Assembly: GCA_951406725.2 (NCBI GenBank) | Contig: OX597837.1 | Span: 17,670,001-17,734,000 of the forward strand | Source: Octopus vulgaris | Lineage: Eukaryota | DNA length: 64,000 nt | Direction of reading: 5' to 3' | Shown: positions 1 to 11,899 of the stretch, in pieces | Position numbering within the stretch: the stretch's first letter is position 1 | Layout of the letters: every line of letters starts with the position of its first letter | The notes under the pieces: model-generated | The model's input: the letters and a program-made list of their open reading frames with translations, nothing else | Told to the model about the DNA's origin: nothing | Databases searched by the model: none | Position numbers and translations under genes: made by a program

Positions 1-51
1 CTGACATACACTTATTGCAGTGATATGAAACTTGAGTCATGGCATGTGTAA

Positions 52-195
52 AAGGCTTCTTCCAGTTTCTGTCTGCTAAATTTTACTCTGAAGATATTAG
101 TCATTCGTGGCTATAAGTAGAAGACACCAGCCAAAAGTGTCCCTGCAGTTGGAATGACATGGTTCCAAAGCAAACTTCTTAACCACACAGCCATC
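52..195 (-). mobile_element. tRNA-derived SINE head fragment
   Basis: Reverse complement resembles the recurrent head GGCTGTGTGGT(T)AAGAAG...GGTTCAGTCCCACTG...CCTTGGGCAAGTGTCTTCTACTATAGCC, also seen near 23510, 35895 and 50910 (+) and 42010 and 44210 (-). Confidence 0.7.
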
Positions 196-1375
196 ATCAT
201 CATCATCATCATCGTTTAACGTCCGCTTTCCATGCTAGCATGGGTTGGACGGTTCAACTGGGGTCTGGGAAGCCCGAAGGCTGCACCAGGCCAGTCAGAT
301 GTGGCAGTGTTTCTACAGCTGGATGCCCTTCCTAACGCCAACCACTCCGAGAGTGTAGTGGGTGATTTTATGTGCCACCGACACAGGTGCCAGACGAGGC
401 TGGCAGACGGCCACGCTCGGATGGTGTTTTTTATGTGCCACCGACACAGGTGCCAGACGAGGCTGGCAGACGGCCACGCTCGGATGGTGTTTTTTATGTG
501 CCACCGACACAGGTGCCAGACGAGGCTGGCAGACGGCCACGCTCGGATGGTGTTTTTTATGTGCCACCGACACAGGTGCCAGACGAGGCTGGCAGACGGC
601 CACGCTCGGATGGTGTTTTCTTATGTGTCACCGACACAGGTGCTAGACGAGGCTGGCGGACGGCCACGCTCGGATGGTGTTTGTTACGTGCCCTCAGCAC
701 GGAGGCCAGTCATTGCGGTACTGGCTACGGTCACGTTCGGATGGTTTTCTTATGTGCCACCGGCACTGGTACCACAAGGATACAAATTCCATTGATGTTC
801 ATCTATTTTGATTTGGTTCGATTTGATTTGATACGATTCGATTCTCACTTGCCTCAACAGGTCTTCACAAGTGTCACAAGAAGGAAGGTATGCACAGGTG
901 GACTGACTACGTCCCAGGTAGGGGCCACGGATTATGGCTTCACTAGTCTTGCCGGGTCTTCTCACGCACAGCATACTTCCATAGGTCTCGGTCTCTAGTC
1001 ATTTCCATGGTGAGACCTAACGTCCGAAGGTCGTGCTTCACCACCTCATCCCAGGTTTTCCTGGGTCTACCTCTTCCACGGGTTCCCTCAACTGCTAGGG
1101 ATTGGCACTTTCTCACACACCTCTCTTCATCCATTCTCGCCACATGACCATACCAGCGCAATCGTCTCTCTTGCACACAACAACTGATGCTTCTTAGGTA
1201 CAACATTTCTCTCAAGGTACTAACGCTCTGTCGAGTAAGTACACTGACATTACACATCCATCGGAGCATACTGGCTTCGTTCCTCACGAGCTTACGCATG
1301 TCCTCAGCAGTCACGGCCCATGTTTCACTGCCATGTAGCATAGCTGTTCGTACACATGCATCATACAGTCTCGTC
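194..1375 (-). mobile_element. RTE-clade LINE, 5'-truncated 3' end (RT C-terminus, 3' UTR, (GAT)n tail)
   Basis: ORF 943-1449(-) reads RLYDACVRTAMLHGSETW...RLRWYGHVARM...GRGRPRKTW, a typical RTE ORF2 C-terminus. The (CAT)n tail is at 194-213 and the same 3' UTR recurs across the window. Confidence 0.9.
367..748. repeat. 63-bp tandem repeat in RTE 3' UTR (4 near-identical plus about 2 diverged units)
   Basis: Unit TTTATGTGCCACCGACACAGGTGCCAGACGAGGCTGGCAGACGGCCACGCTCGGATGGTGTTT produces the 21-aa periodicity in all ORF-track frames. Confidence 0.95.
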
Positions 1376-3208
1376 TGATGATAATCATTTCTGTCAGGTG
1401 CAATGCAACAAATTTGTGGAAAGAGTGTAGACATTTTAAAATCAACCATTGTAACTGACTGCTACTTTATTTTAATCGCTCTGGAAAAATAAAAGGCAAA
1501 GTTTGAGCTCAACCAAATTTGAACCTAAAACATAAGGGATTTAACCAAAATCCTCCAAGGTATTTTATCTAACATTCTACCAATTTTGCCACGTTCAAAG
1601 ATAATGAGTTAAAGCAAAATGGATGATTGGAAAATAAAGATGAAGGTGGTGGTGGCGGTGGCGGTGGTCATAGTGACGATAGTGGTGGCATCTGTGATGG
1701 CAGTAGTGGTGACGATAATGATGATGAGAATGCTAACAACAGTGTTAATTTTAAAATCTGTTCTAATCAACCCTGTCATGATTGAGAAATACTAAATTAA
1801 AGTTAAAATAATCTACCACCACCACTACCATCCTTACCACACACACCTCTGATTTGAGGATACCTGAAATAGAAGAATTTTGAGGATACACTTGAAAGGC
1901 ATTCTGGAAGACAGGGACTGGTAGAGGTGTGGGTGTGTGTGTATGAGCATGTGTATGTGTGTAATCGTGGTTCTATTTAATACTAGCATTATGTGTGTGT
2001 TTCTTTGGTAGTACAAGTTGTTAATGAAATTTAACTCCAGGTCAACACTGATCCAGCAGACTCATGACTAGAGGTGTTTCTGACCATGACCATCCTTTCT
2101 GTATTGCAAAGACTATATTGTTCAATGAGTTTTTTTTTTTTAAAAAAAGGTGTAATGTGAGGGAGATTTAGTTGCTTAAATTTAGCATGTCAGCTAATCA
2201 CATAGAGACTTTCTTATTGGCTTTTGTGTATGTATGGGCATACAGGGAATGGCGGTGGTGGTGGTGGTGGTGGTGTGTGTTAGCATGTGTATGTGTGTGC
2301 AAAACCGTCAGTGATGGTTAATGGTAGTGATGGCCACAGATGTGCATTGTTGTACTGTAGTGGTTGTGGTGGTGGTGGTGGTATCTAATTGAGAGGATAG
2401 CATCTTGTAGCAGTAGTGGGGATGACGACGGTGGTGGTATGTAGTAGCAATGGTAGTGGGTGTGTGTAGTGGAGGAGATGGTGTGTTGCTGTTGTTTGGT
2501 AGCATCTGTGTGTATAAAACAATTGATGGTGGTGTGTAGTAGTAGTCACAGTGGTGTTGCATAGTAGTGATGGTAGTAGTTGTGGTGGTGTCTTGAGTTT
2601 TAGCATATGTATGCGTGTGCATGTATGTGCGTAAAATTGTTGGGGGTGGGGGTTATTAATCTAATTTCAAAGAAAACAACTGATTATCCAAGTAATTAGT
2701 TTAGTTATTTGTTGGAGTGGATGGGGAAATTGGTAGTGGCTTACGGTGTACATGGAGGGAGAGAGTGACAATGATGTGGATGTACAAGTGTGGGTGATAG
2801 GGATAGAGAGACAGTCTAAGGATGTAAGGCTATTGTTTAGCCCAAGGTCATCTCTGATCAAACAGACCTGTGGTCCAGTCCTTTTATTGTTGGTCAGAAA
2901 CCCAGGACCATGTTATTCAATCCTTTTTTATGACAGCATAGTGTGATTTGAGAGAGATTTAGCTGCTATTTGTTGCTAGTCGAGCAATCATACAGAGAAT
3001 CCTTTATTGACTCAGATTCCCACATGGAATAGGTGGTAGTGGTGTGGAGTTCTGGGATAGTCTAGGGTGGTCTGGGCAGGTTAGGTTACATTCTATTTAT
3101 TTGTCGACATAATTCTATTCTAATTCTAATATTAATTTATAATTCTATAAATAATGCTATTATTTGTTGTCATATCGTTTATGTTTTTTCTTTCTTTCTT
3201 TTTCGCAG

Positions 3209-3367
3209 GCCCACCTTCACCATTATACTATGGTTGATGGTATGGAACTGCAGGAATTTACTGACAGCTATAACAGTCTTGAAGACATTATTAAAGAATA
3301 TAGTGAGCTGGAGAAACAGCTGGAAAACCCTGGTCCTTGTGTACCTCGTCTACAAGTTGTCAGCTAG
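3209..3367 (+). CDS. TUBE1: Terminal coding exon of epsilon-tubulin
   Basis: Polypyrimidine tract plus CAG acceptor ending at 3208, then AHLHHYTMVDGMELQEFTDSYNSLEDIIKEYSELEKQLENPGPCVPRLQVVS*. This matches the epsilon-tubulin C-terminus as I recall it (KAHLHHYxxVxGME...EY...PRLxI). No upstream exons were recognised in the window. Confidence 0.88.
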   Translation, partial: AHLHHYTMVDGMELQEFTDSYNSLEDIIKEYSELEKQLENPGPCVPRLQVVS

Positions 3368-3599
3368 CTTCCTACCTAAATAGACAGGTTGGTAGTAAGC
3401 AAACAACCTACTTTCTAAACTATCTCCTTTGAGGAAATGAAGCAATGTGTTAGAATAGAGAACAATAACATGATGACTCAACAGTGCAACAGAGCATCAC
3501 ACAATATTATAACAACACTACAACATGGCAATAGGCAAATCTCCCTTAAATAACATAGCACTGTTTTCCATTCAAACAGCATTGTGAATTTGAGTAAAG

Positions 3600-4140
3600 T
3601 TCTTCAAAGATACTGACAAAGCATTGAGGAATGCCATAATAAAATTTAGCCTCAGTGATCTTTGATGTTCAACACACTGGAGAATAATATTTCTGAATTT
3701 ATTCAGTGCAGGATCAGTGGTAATGAAATCTAACTTGTTCCTCTCATAGAACTGTGTCCACAAACTTCACTTAGCCTGTTTAAAAGCACTTTGTGGAAAA
3801 CTTTACAAGGCATTGAGAGCAGTGTGATGCTTTGCTAGTTATTGCAGTTGGACAGGTCTCCTTTCTTCAGCAGTTTCACAATGGTTCCCTCTTGTCCATT
3901 CTGTGGAACTCTCTGCTCATGCCAGCAACAATTTGTCAGACTTGTCAGTTCAGCCACTACAGTGCTCCCACCATGTTTAAACATTTCTACAGTGATTTCA
4001 TCCAATCGAATAGCTTTGTTGTTTCTCAACTTTTCATTCGCTGTTGTTGTCTCTTCGCTCATTATTGGATTTTCATCTACATCCAGAGCTATCTTATTTT
4101 GTTGATGGAAATTGTACAGTGCTATCATTGTCAAATGATT
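3600..4140 (-). mobile_element. Degenerate LINE reverse transcriptase fragment (RTE-like)
   Basis: KLRNNKAIRLDEITVEMFKHGG...IVKLLKKGDLSNCNN and FRNIILQCVEHQRSLRLNF match the early RT subdomains of non-LTR retrotransposons, with frameshifts. Confidence 0.8.
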
Positions 4141-4332
4141 TAATGTTTCTTAAAAGAGTTCTCAAGCCCAGGAAAAAGAGGAAGGTTAGACATTGAACCA
4201 GCAACCCATTCCTGTAAAACAGGAATAGCTACAAAAACAAAAGATTGCCTATTGCAAAACCTATGGGAGAAAGGTGGCAATAAATGTGATCCAACAATGA
4301 CAGACTCTATGTGTGTGCATGTATGTAAGTGT

Positions 4333-4370
<38 letters not shown>

Positions 4371-4530
4371 GATATATTAGATCGCTAGCCTCTACACATT
4401 CTTTATTTTCTCTCCTTGTTTCTTTCTGTGTTCCTTTCTGTGGAAGAGCATAGGCTCGAAACGTTAAAGACTTTTTCACTTCCTGAGTGTTATACTATTA
4501 CATCTGTTTGTTGTCTTCACCACCTGTTTT

Positions 4531-5105
4531 CATCATCATCATTTAACATCCAATTTCAATGCTGGCATGGGATGGACGGTTTCACAGGATTGTGTCAAAC
4601 TCTACGGTCAGCTTTGGCTTGGTTTGTATGGGTGGATGCCCTTCTAATGCACTTTACAGAGTGTACTGGATGCTGTCTATGTGGCACCAGCACCAGTGAA
4701 GTCACCAAGTAACTTGCAAGATGAAAACCCCTCAACTAAGATGATGACTGGCATTGGAGGTGGATTTGTACCAGGTGATGAAAGGTTAAACTCTGATAAG
4801 GGACAAAAAAGATGTCTTGCTGTAGATCATTCAATCAGTGAGAAAGACATTAGTGGTAAGGTGCCAAAGTATACCCTCAAGGTACAAGGAGGGGAATGTA
4901 AGTGGAGAGGTACAAAGGATTGGACAGGTGAGTGTGTAGGAAGTGCAAAGAGGGAGAGGTGAGGAGAAGGGGAATGCAACTAGTGGTGAATACAAGTTTA
5001 CAGAGGAGTGGCAGGGGAATGATGTAAGAGGGACAACAAAGTAACATTAGGCTGCAGGAGCACAGAGTAGGGATGGTAGTGGAGAGACATATGTAGTGCA
5101 TGAAG
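4531..5105 (-). mobile_element. Old RTE LINE 3' UTR remnant
   Basis: CATCATCATCATTTAACATCC...CATGGGATGGACGG...GGATGCCCTTCTAATGC is the same 3' UTR family as at 194. Confidence 0.65.
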
Positions 5106-5136
5106 ATATGTAGTATCATTCATCATATATATCATG

Positions 5137-5433
5137 GAGGCGCAATGGCCCAGTGGTTAGGGCAGCAGACTCGCGGTTGTAGGATCGTAGTTTCGATTCC
5201 CAGACCGGGCGTTGTGAGTGTTTATTGAGCAAAAACACCTAAAGCTCCACTGGCTCCAACAGGAGGTAGTGGCAATATCTGCTGTACTCTTTCGCCGCAA
5301 CTTTCTCTCACTCTTTCGTCTGTTGGCCTGCTCGCTTAGCCAGCGGGGCGGCATCATTTCAAGGCTAAAACAATGTGAAGCGCATTGTGACCAGCGATGT
5401 GTAGCAACATCTGATAGCCTGGTCAGTCACGGT
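5137..5433 (+). mobile_element. tRNA-derived SINE (second family, CpG-retaining)
   Basis: A box TGGCCCAGTGG and B box GTTTCGATTCC in a tRNA-like head, followed by about 220 bp of non-tRNA body ending at a TA run. Confidence 0.8.
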
Positions 5434-5445
5434 GATATATATATA

Positions 5446-6073
5446 TCAGGTAGATGGCCCTGCTCAATCTGTAGAAAAGGCATAGGTAGAAACTCTATAA
5501 AATGTACCCAGTGTAAGCTATGGACACATAAGAGGTGCAGCAATATCAAAGGAAGGCTAACTGGGAAGATAGTTTTTGTATGTGGCAGATGCTCGGGAGC
5601 AATAAACACTGAAAATGTGCAGAGAACAACTTCTGCCACATTCCAGGGAGAAAAACTAGAAGTAGTTGATAGCTTCAAGTCAGTAGTGGAGGAGGGTGCG
5701 CTGAAAGTGTAGCTACTAGAATAAGAATAGCCTGGCCAAAGTTCAGAGAGCTCCTACCTCTGCTGGTGACAAAGGGCCTCTCGCTCAGAATAAAAGGTAG
5801 ACTGTATGACGCATGTGTACGAACAGCCATGCTACATGGCAGTGAAACATGTGCCGTGACTGCTGAGGACATATGTAAGCTCGCAAGGAATGAAGCCAGT
5901 ATGATCTGATGGATGTGTAATGTCAGTGTGCATACTCAACAGAGTGTAAGTACCTTGAGAGAAAAGTTGGACCTAAGAAGCATCAGATGTGGTGTCCAAG
6001 AGAGACGACTGCGCTGGTATGGTCATGTGGCGAGAATGGATGAGGATAGCTGTGTGAAAAAATACCACACCCT
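5446..6073 (+). mobile_element. RTE LINE ORF2 fragment with embedded PHD-type zinc finger
   Basis: WPCSICRKGIGRNSIKCTQCKLWTHKRC...FVCGRC (C4HC3), then LEVVDSF and RLYDACVRTAMLHGSET...RLRWYGHVARM in a shifted frame. Confidence 0.85.
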
Positions 6074-7888
6074 GTCTTGATACTGGATTATTTGAACCTG
6101 GATCATTATTATGATACTAGATCATTATAAGCAAAATGATCATATTAAGTACATTATCGTAGCATCCAACCATCCACCCTCAGTAATACAGGGTTTAATT
6201 AAGAATATTTCTACAAGAATTTCTAGATTGTCCACTAATTATAAAATTTTTGCATCACGTGCAACTTATTATAATGCTGCTCTAGCTGGGGCTGGGTATC
6301 TGAAAAAATTCAATAAATACAAGAAGCAGATATACATAACACTGGTAATTCCTCCAATTGTAATACACATTGCACAACATCACAGTTTGAGAACTCACTC
6401 ACATAGAGAATACAGGCCAGGAAGAATTGGTCATGTTGATGAACTACATAATAATCCAACTACTTGTTCCAATCCTGTACGATACACTTGATTAAATAAG
6501 CCTAACAACAGATAAAGGAATCAGGATATACTTTGGTTCAACCAGATTTTCGATTCGCATGTTTCAATCAAGATCGCTGGAAAATTTTTTGCTGCTTTGG
6601 ACAAATGTTTTCCTAAATCTAATCGGTATCATATCTTTAATCAGCACACCATGAAGGTATCCAAAAACAACTCTGCTAATTTAGAGCAGCTTATGCATCG
6701 CATAAACAATACCAAAATGCAACAAAGGTTCAATAACCCACCTACTGGATCTAACAAACATACGTATCTAAATACTAACCAAGGAGATGTAAACCACAAT
6801 GACGAACACCAATTACTGCCAAATCATAATAATAGAAATACTTATGATACAGCTAACATGGTAACAATGTCGGTAAATGGAGTTGGGACTGCCTTATATA
6901 CAAATAAATATGATAAATGCTTATGCAGAGAAAAATCAAAATGTCCATTGATGAATCACTGTATGAGTACAAGTCTTGTATAAAAATGTACCATGCTCAC
7001 AAGAGGGGGGTCGTATGTTTACATTGGGCAGATGGCTGATTCATTTAAGAATCATTATCATAACCATGTCGCCAGCTTTAAGACAATCAATAAGAGACAT
7101 TTAACATCTTTGGCTGATTTTGTACGGCAACTGAAGGAAGATAAAATGAAGTACAACATAACATGATTCAGAGTAAGGCATGTGAAACCATGCAATATAA
7201 TTTCCAGGAGATGCTATCTCTGCTCTGAGGAATCCCTGTCTTCTATGAGAAGATCATTAATAGAATTTCTGAAAGACTCTCGAGATGCCTACACAGATAT
7301 AAATGTACATTCGCACAATGCAGTGGGAATGAATTTTGAGTCACTGTTAAAATTTATTTACTTTAAGGTGTGAATGGCTTAAGTTTACTTTTAACTTCCC
7401 CCTTCTTACAAACACCAAGTAGATAGTTAACTTGCTTTGTGATCATGATGCACCAAACCTCACGTGTGCGTATGCTCACATTTTTGCACATGCTTGTATG
7501 AGCGAATTGTACTCGCACCATGCAGCTTGCCTGTGGGCATTTATACATCCATATTTGTTAACAGTTATTTTTAATACTTTTATCTCTGTATTGCATGTTC
7601 ATTTCTCTTTTTTCCATCTGTGATTTAACTTTTGATTTTCTATGCAAATGAAGATATTTCCTCAGTCTGGCTGCTTTTCTTTCTACAAAACAAGAAGTTA
7701 CATTGCGGAACTATTATTTTCACAAGTTGTGTCTATCTATCACCGGATGAGATACATCTGCACCTCCAGATGCCCCTGAACCAGTTGTTGAGTGTCCCAC
7801 CCATGAGGAATCGATGCTAAATGTGTCGAAACATTTGTCATGATTAATAAATTCTCGTATATTCCATCTTCCATCTTTCATTTGCCAT
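6074..7888 (+). mobile_element. Penelope-like element remnant (RT thumb, linker, GIY-YIG endonuclease, terminal repeat)
   Basis: SNHPPSVI...STRISRLS, ILWFN, CLCREKSKCPLMNHC, YVYIGQ...FKNHYHNH and CYLCSEE motifs with stops. The terminal region 7548-7888 carries a hammerhead-like motif and recurs inverted at 29187-29535. Confidence 0.85.
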
Positions 7889-7895
7889 ATATATA

Positions 7896-9456
7896 TCTCT
7901 ATATATATAAAACTGATAATGTGTGTCTGTCTGTGTGTTTCCCTAAAACTCGAGAACTACACAACCAATTTTATTCAAATTTTACACATGCCTTACTTAG
8001 GGTCCGGGAAGTGTCATCGGCGAAGAAATTTTTAAAATTTTTGCCTAGGGCGAGCCCATAGCAATATCATATCTTCTCCACTATTTCAGTATTACGTGTT
8101 AAAACTGAAACAAAAACATTTCTCTATTTTATGTCAGATGCTTTCACTTTAACAATAAAAATTAGAGATAATAATAACACTTGAATTATATGTAGTAAGT
8201 AATAATTAAAATCAAACTAAAGTATAATATAATCGTAACATAACAAAAGTAAAAATAGCAATTGGTATAAAATTGCATCAATGACTTGGAACTTGAAAAA
8301 GTGGTTTCACATGAATGGGAATAAATTAAGAATAAAATTAGCATGCAGAAATGGAATAATCCAGATGGAGGTGTGCACATACCGTTTACTACAGCTTTTA
8401 CATTAGATTATCTGCTAATTAGCTAGCATTAAGTATCTATATGAAGTTTGGCTGTATGTAATGTCTGTTTTCTTGAACATCTGCTTCTACTGAGTACTGC
8501 TGTTGGTTTATTTCTTATACATAAAGGACTATAGCTTCAACTGCGTACTGCTTTTCGATTCACCGTAAGGTTTGTTATTATTATTACTGTTTAACTATTG
8601 TTATCACGTTTGTTGGTTCCTCGTAAGGGAAACGTTGTTGTGTTGCATTTGTTAAATAATTGTAAACTGTAACCCTCCCCCTTTGGTTATTGTTTAAAAA
8701 TTGAATTGTGTCCCTGATTAGGGAAATTGACAATATTTTCACCATTTACACGGAAGCATTTTTGTTAGAATGCCTTTGATAGAAGAAAGTCCAAAAATGA
8801 ATTTCGCTGCAGCCGTTGGCAGGCGCGAACTCATTAAAATTAAAATGGAAGAAATACAAACCTATTTCGGATTGATCACTGACAAAGACGGTGAATCTAG
8901 GATAACACCACCAAACGAAATAAAAAATTAAATTAAAGAAAAGACTATTGTCTATAAAGTATACAATGTAGAGAAAAAAAAAGATTTGAACACCTGGAGG
9001 AAAGCACCATCGAAAAGTGTCTTGGTGCGACTATGAAAGATATCTAACCAGAGGCGGTAAATTCGCCACAATAGAAGCAAGGTTCCAGTCAACGGAGCAT
9101 GCAAGGGAGTACTCGACTTGAACCTTGCAAAGTGGAAATATTTTACTTTTACCTTTATATCTGGGACGTAGGACGTCCCGGATTAAAATTAAAAATGTCC
9201 CCCCAGAAGTAGAGGTAGGCTGGATTGTAGCCACACTTCTATACAAGAGGGAGGACAAGATACAATTGATCGAAATTGCAAGAGATGGGCCTACAATTCC
9301 AGTCTGTTATATATTTTGAGTATTGTTATCACTAGCGATATCAAGATATAACTTTGTATTTTATGTGTAGATGTATATGTATAGATGTACATGTAATATG
9401 TACACATATATACATACACTAGCACTATGACCTGCAACGACGGGTCATAATGCTAG
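7896..9456 (+). mobile_element. Non-autonomous Helitron, copy A
   Basis: A|TC 5' end, CTAG|T 3' end, subterminal hairpin TATGACC...GGTCATA (9426-9449), no TSD. Near-identical copies start at 29643 and 49179. Confidence 0.85.
8797..9285 (+). pseudogene. Captured N-terminal fragment of an ORF1-like (RRM) gene inside Helitron A
   Basis: MNFAAAVG...KTIVYKVYNVEK / HLEESTIEKCLGATMK / YLTRGGKFATIEARF / LPLYLGRRTSRIKIKNVPPEVEVGWIVATLL aligns by eye to ORF 30341-31438; it has stops and frameshifts. Confidence 0.75.
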
Positions 9457-9764
9457 TATATATATATATATATATATGTATTTAAACTATTGCAAAATTG
9501 TGATTTCTATTCCCAGACTGAGCAGTACATTGAGTTCTTCAGCAAAGCACTTTATCTCACATTGCTCTGTGATCACTTCAACATCTGTCATGTGGCACAC
9601 TATGCACTTGTACACGCAATGTCAATTTAATGGGGAAAGTGAGCTAATGTACAACATAAACATTTCATCACTATAAACAAATTGTGTGTGCAGATTTTTC
9701 AACAAGAAATTGTAGAACCCTCATAAATTGATATAAAGTGACATGTGTGTATGTATATATGTGA

Positions 9765-9815
<51 letters not shown>

Positions 9816-10109
9816 TATACAAACACATGTATATATATAAATAACAACAGATGGATAATGGGTCAATCCACTACAGCTGTTTCTAACAAATTTTTAATTG
9901 ATTAATGGAGACATTACACTATTAGAGACTCTATTTTTGTTGTGTACACATTTTATTTTCCAACCTGACCTAGTGCCTTATCATTTAAGTGCTTGATTTA
10001 CTCAAATCCTGGTTTATATATTGGGGTAACCAAGAATCTCCTCTGCAGTAAGACATCTATTCTCTATCCTTTTATTATACTGTCCTCTCCTGTGGTTCCA
10101 TTCCATTGC

Positions 10110-10365
10110 CCAGCTGAGAAGTCTTCATCTTGCTAGTACTTGGTAACCCCTGTTGGTGTCAGTGCCATGTAAAAAGCACCAGTGTTGACACCACATAAAA
10201 AGTACCCAGTACATTCTGTAAAGTGGTTGGCATTAAGAACAGCATTTAGCCAGAAGAAGTCATGCTAAAGCAGCCGATGGACCCTGGTACAGCTGTCTGG
10301 CTTGCCAGCTTCTTTCAAACTCTCCAGCCTGTGCCAACATGGAAGACAGATGTTAAATGATGATG
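10110..10365 (+). mobile_element. RTE LINE 3' UTR remnant
   Basis: GCCATGTAAAAAGCACC...GTGGTTGGCATTAAGAAC...GTTAAATGATGATG. Confidence 0.65.
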
Positions 10366-11899
10366 TAAGTGTATGTGGTTACGTATGTGGGTTTAGCCCA
10401 GAAAGGCTCTGAAATGGGGCATCTTCAAGAAAAACAAATTTGATTTTCAAAATCTATGTCCTAAAGAAAAGATCATCCATAAATAATTAAAAAAATATAA
10501 TTTGCTGCAAGAAATAACAACTTTTAGATCAACAACTCTCCCACTCTCTATCTTTCACCACCAATATATCCCTCTGTATCAATTTACCATACTCTTTGAC
10601 ACTGACTCTCTTTGTTTATGTATCACACATAACTTTCATTTTGTCTGCACAAATCCTGTTTTCTGATCAAACTTAAACCATTGTAACATTTTTCTGAAAT
10701 AAATGAATCACAAACTTAGATTCAGTGTGAAGAAGTACTTCAATATACAAAATTTGAAAATTTTTACTTAATTTTAATGAGACAGCAACAGAAATTATCT
10801 CTTTCTTTTTCATTTTTCACTTAAACTTTCCACCTCACTATACATTTCTCTTTCTCTCTCAATCTCTAAAAAGGTATATCACTCACACTGAGTGAGTGTG
10901 TGTTTGTCAATATGTGTATGAATGTGTGTAAGGAATTTCATTAGGGTGACAAAGTGATTTAAAAAAGATGTGTAAATGATAATTTATTTTTATAGCATAC
11001 TTTTCTATTAGTAAATATGTTTTTTCTTACACACACACACACACACACAGATTCACTTGATGCAGGGTAGGGGATTAAAAATTTAAATTACCACCACATC
11101 ATCATTCCAGAAAATGTGTTTATGGGGGAGAAAAATATTGAAAAAACATCAATACATGTGTTGTAATGAAAATGGTACACTCCTTCCCATGTGACAGTCA
11201 TATAGTCCCACTAAAATATCAGACAGTCAGTTGTTGTTGGAGGTCAGTAGTAGTAGTAGAGTCGTTGTACAAGTTCTCAGTTGAAGTTAGGGTTAGTTAC
11301 ATGATATATACAAGTTTGAGTTACTGTCAAGGTAGACATTTCAAAGTCATTGTCTTGTGGAGCTAACACCAATAGCACAATAGACGAGCTAAAGATATTA
11401 AGACGTGGAATACCAATATAACATATTAGTGGTGACAAGAATATTACAGTGCCGATGACAACATACAAGTGGACAAGGATCCACATTATAGCAACATATC
11501 AGAGTGACAAGGAAATGAGTAAGGTAGTGTTTCCTAAACTTTGCGCCAAATTGCAATATCACCCACTTATTGGCCAAAAAATGCTCCATCACCCACCTGT
11601 GTGAAAAAAAACCCTGACACAACAACCCAACACAAAATCCCCTCCCCCGTATCATATGACACACACTATATCGTAGACTTGTTGCCCTATTAGTGCTGTT
11701 TGGACTAAATATGCGGTTGCTTACAAATCCCTTATTGTAGGTTTAGTTTTGCCATTAGTGTAAATAAAATTCTAATGTTAACTCTATATTATGCAGACAG
11801 ATTAACTGCTGGAAACTTGCGCTTTCTTTTACACTGATTTTCATTTTACCCAAATGAATGATTGATCAGAACTACCGATGCAAAAATAATGATTGTATT

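Noticed and set aside
367-748. CRISPR-like periodic array
   Set aside because: The units are contiguous and identical with no unique spacers, there are no cas genes, and the context is a eukaryotic LINE 3' UTR.
4436-4470. GAAGAGC-ATAG-GCTC-GAAAC hammerhead-like motif (related inverted copies near 41810 and 58915)
   Set aside because: It lacks a CTGANGA core (reads CTGTGGA), so it cannot be supported as a ribozyme.
5137-5210. Possible tRNA gene
   Set aside because: A and B boxes are present, but the sequence runs on into a SINE body and I could not build a convincing cloverleaf.
7548-7896. Same Penelope terminal fragment next to Helitron copies A and B, suggesting one composite element
   Set aside because: The orientation relative to the Helitron is opposite at the two loci and copy C lacks it; shared preference for TA-rich sites is simpler.
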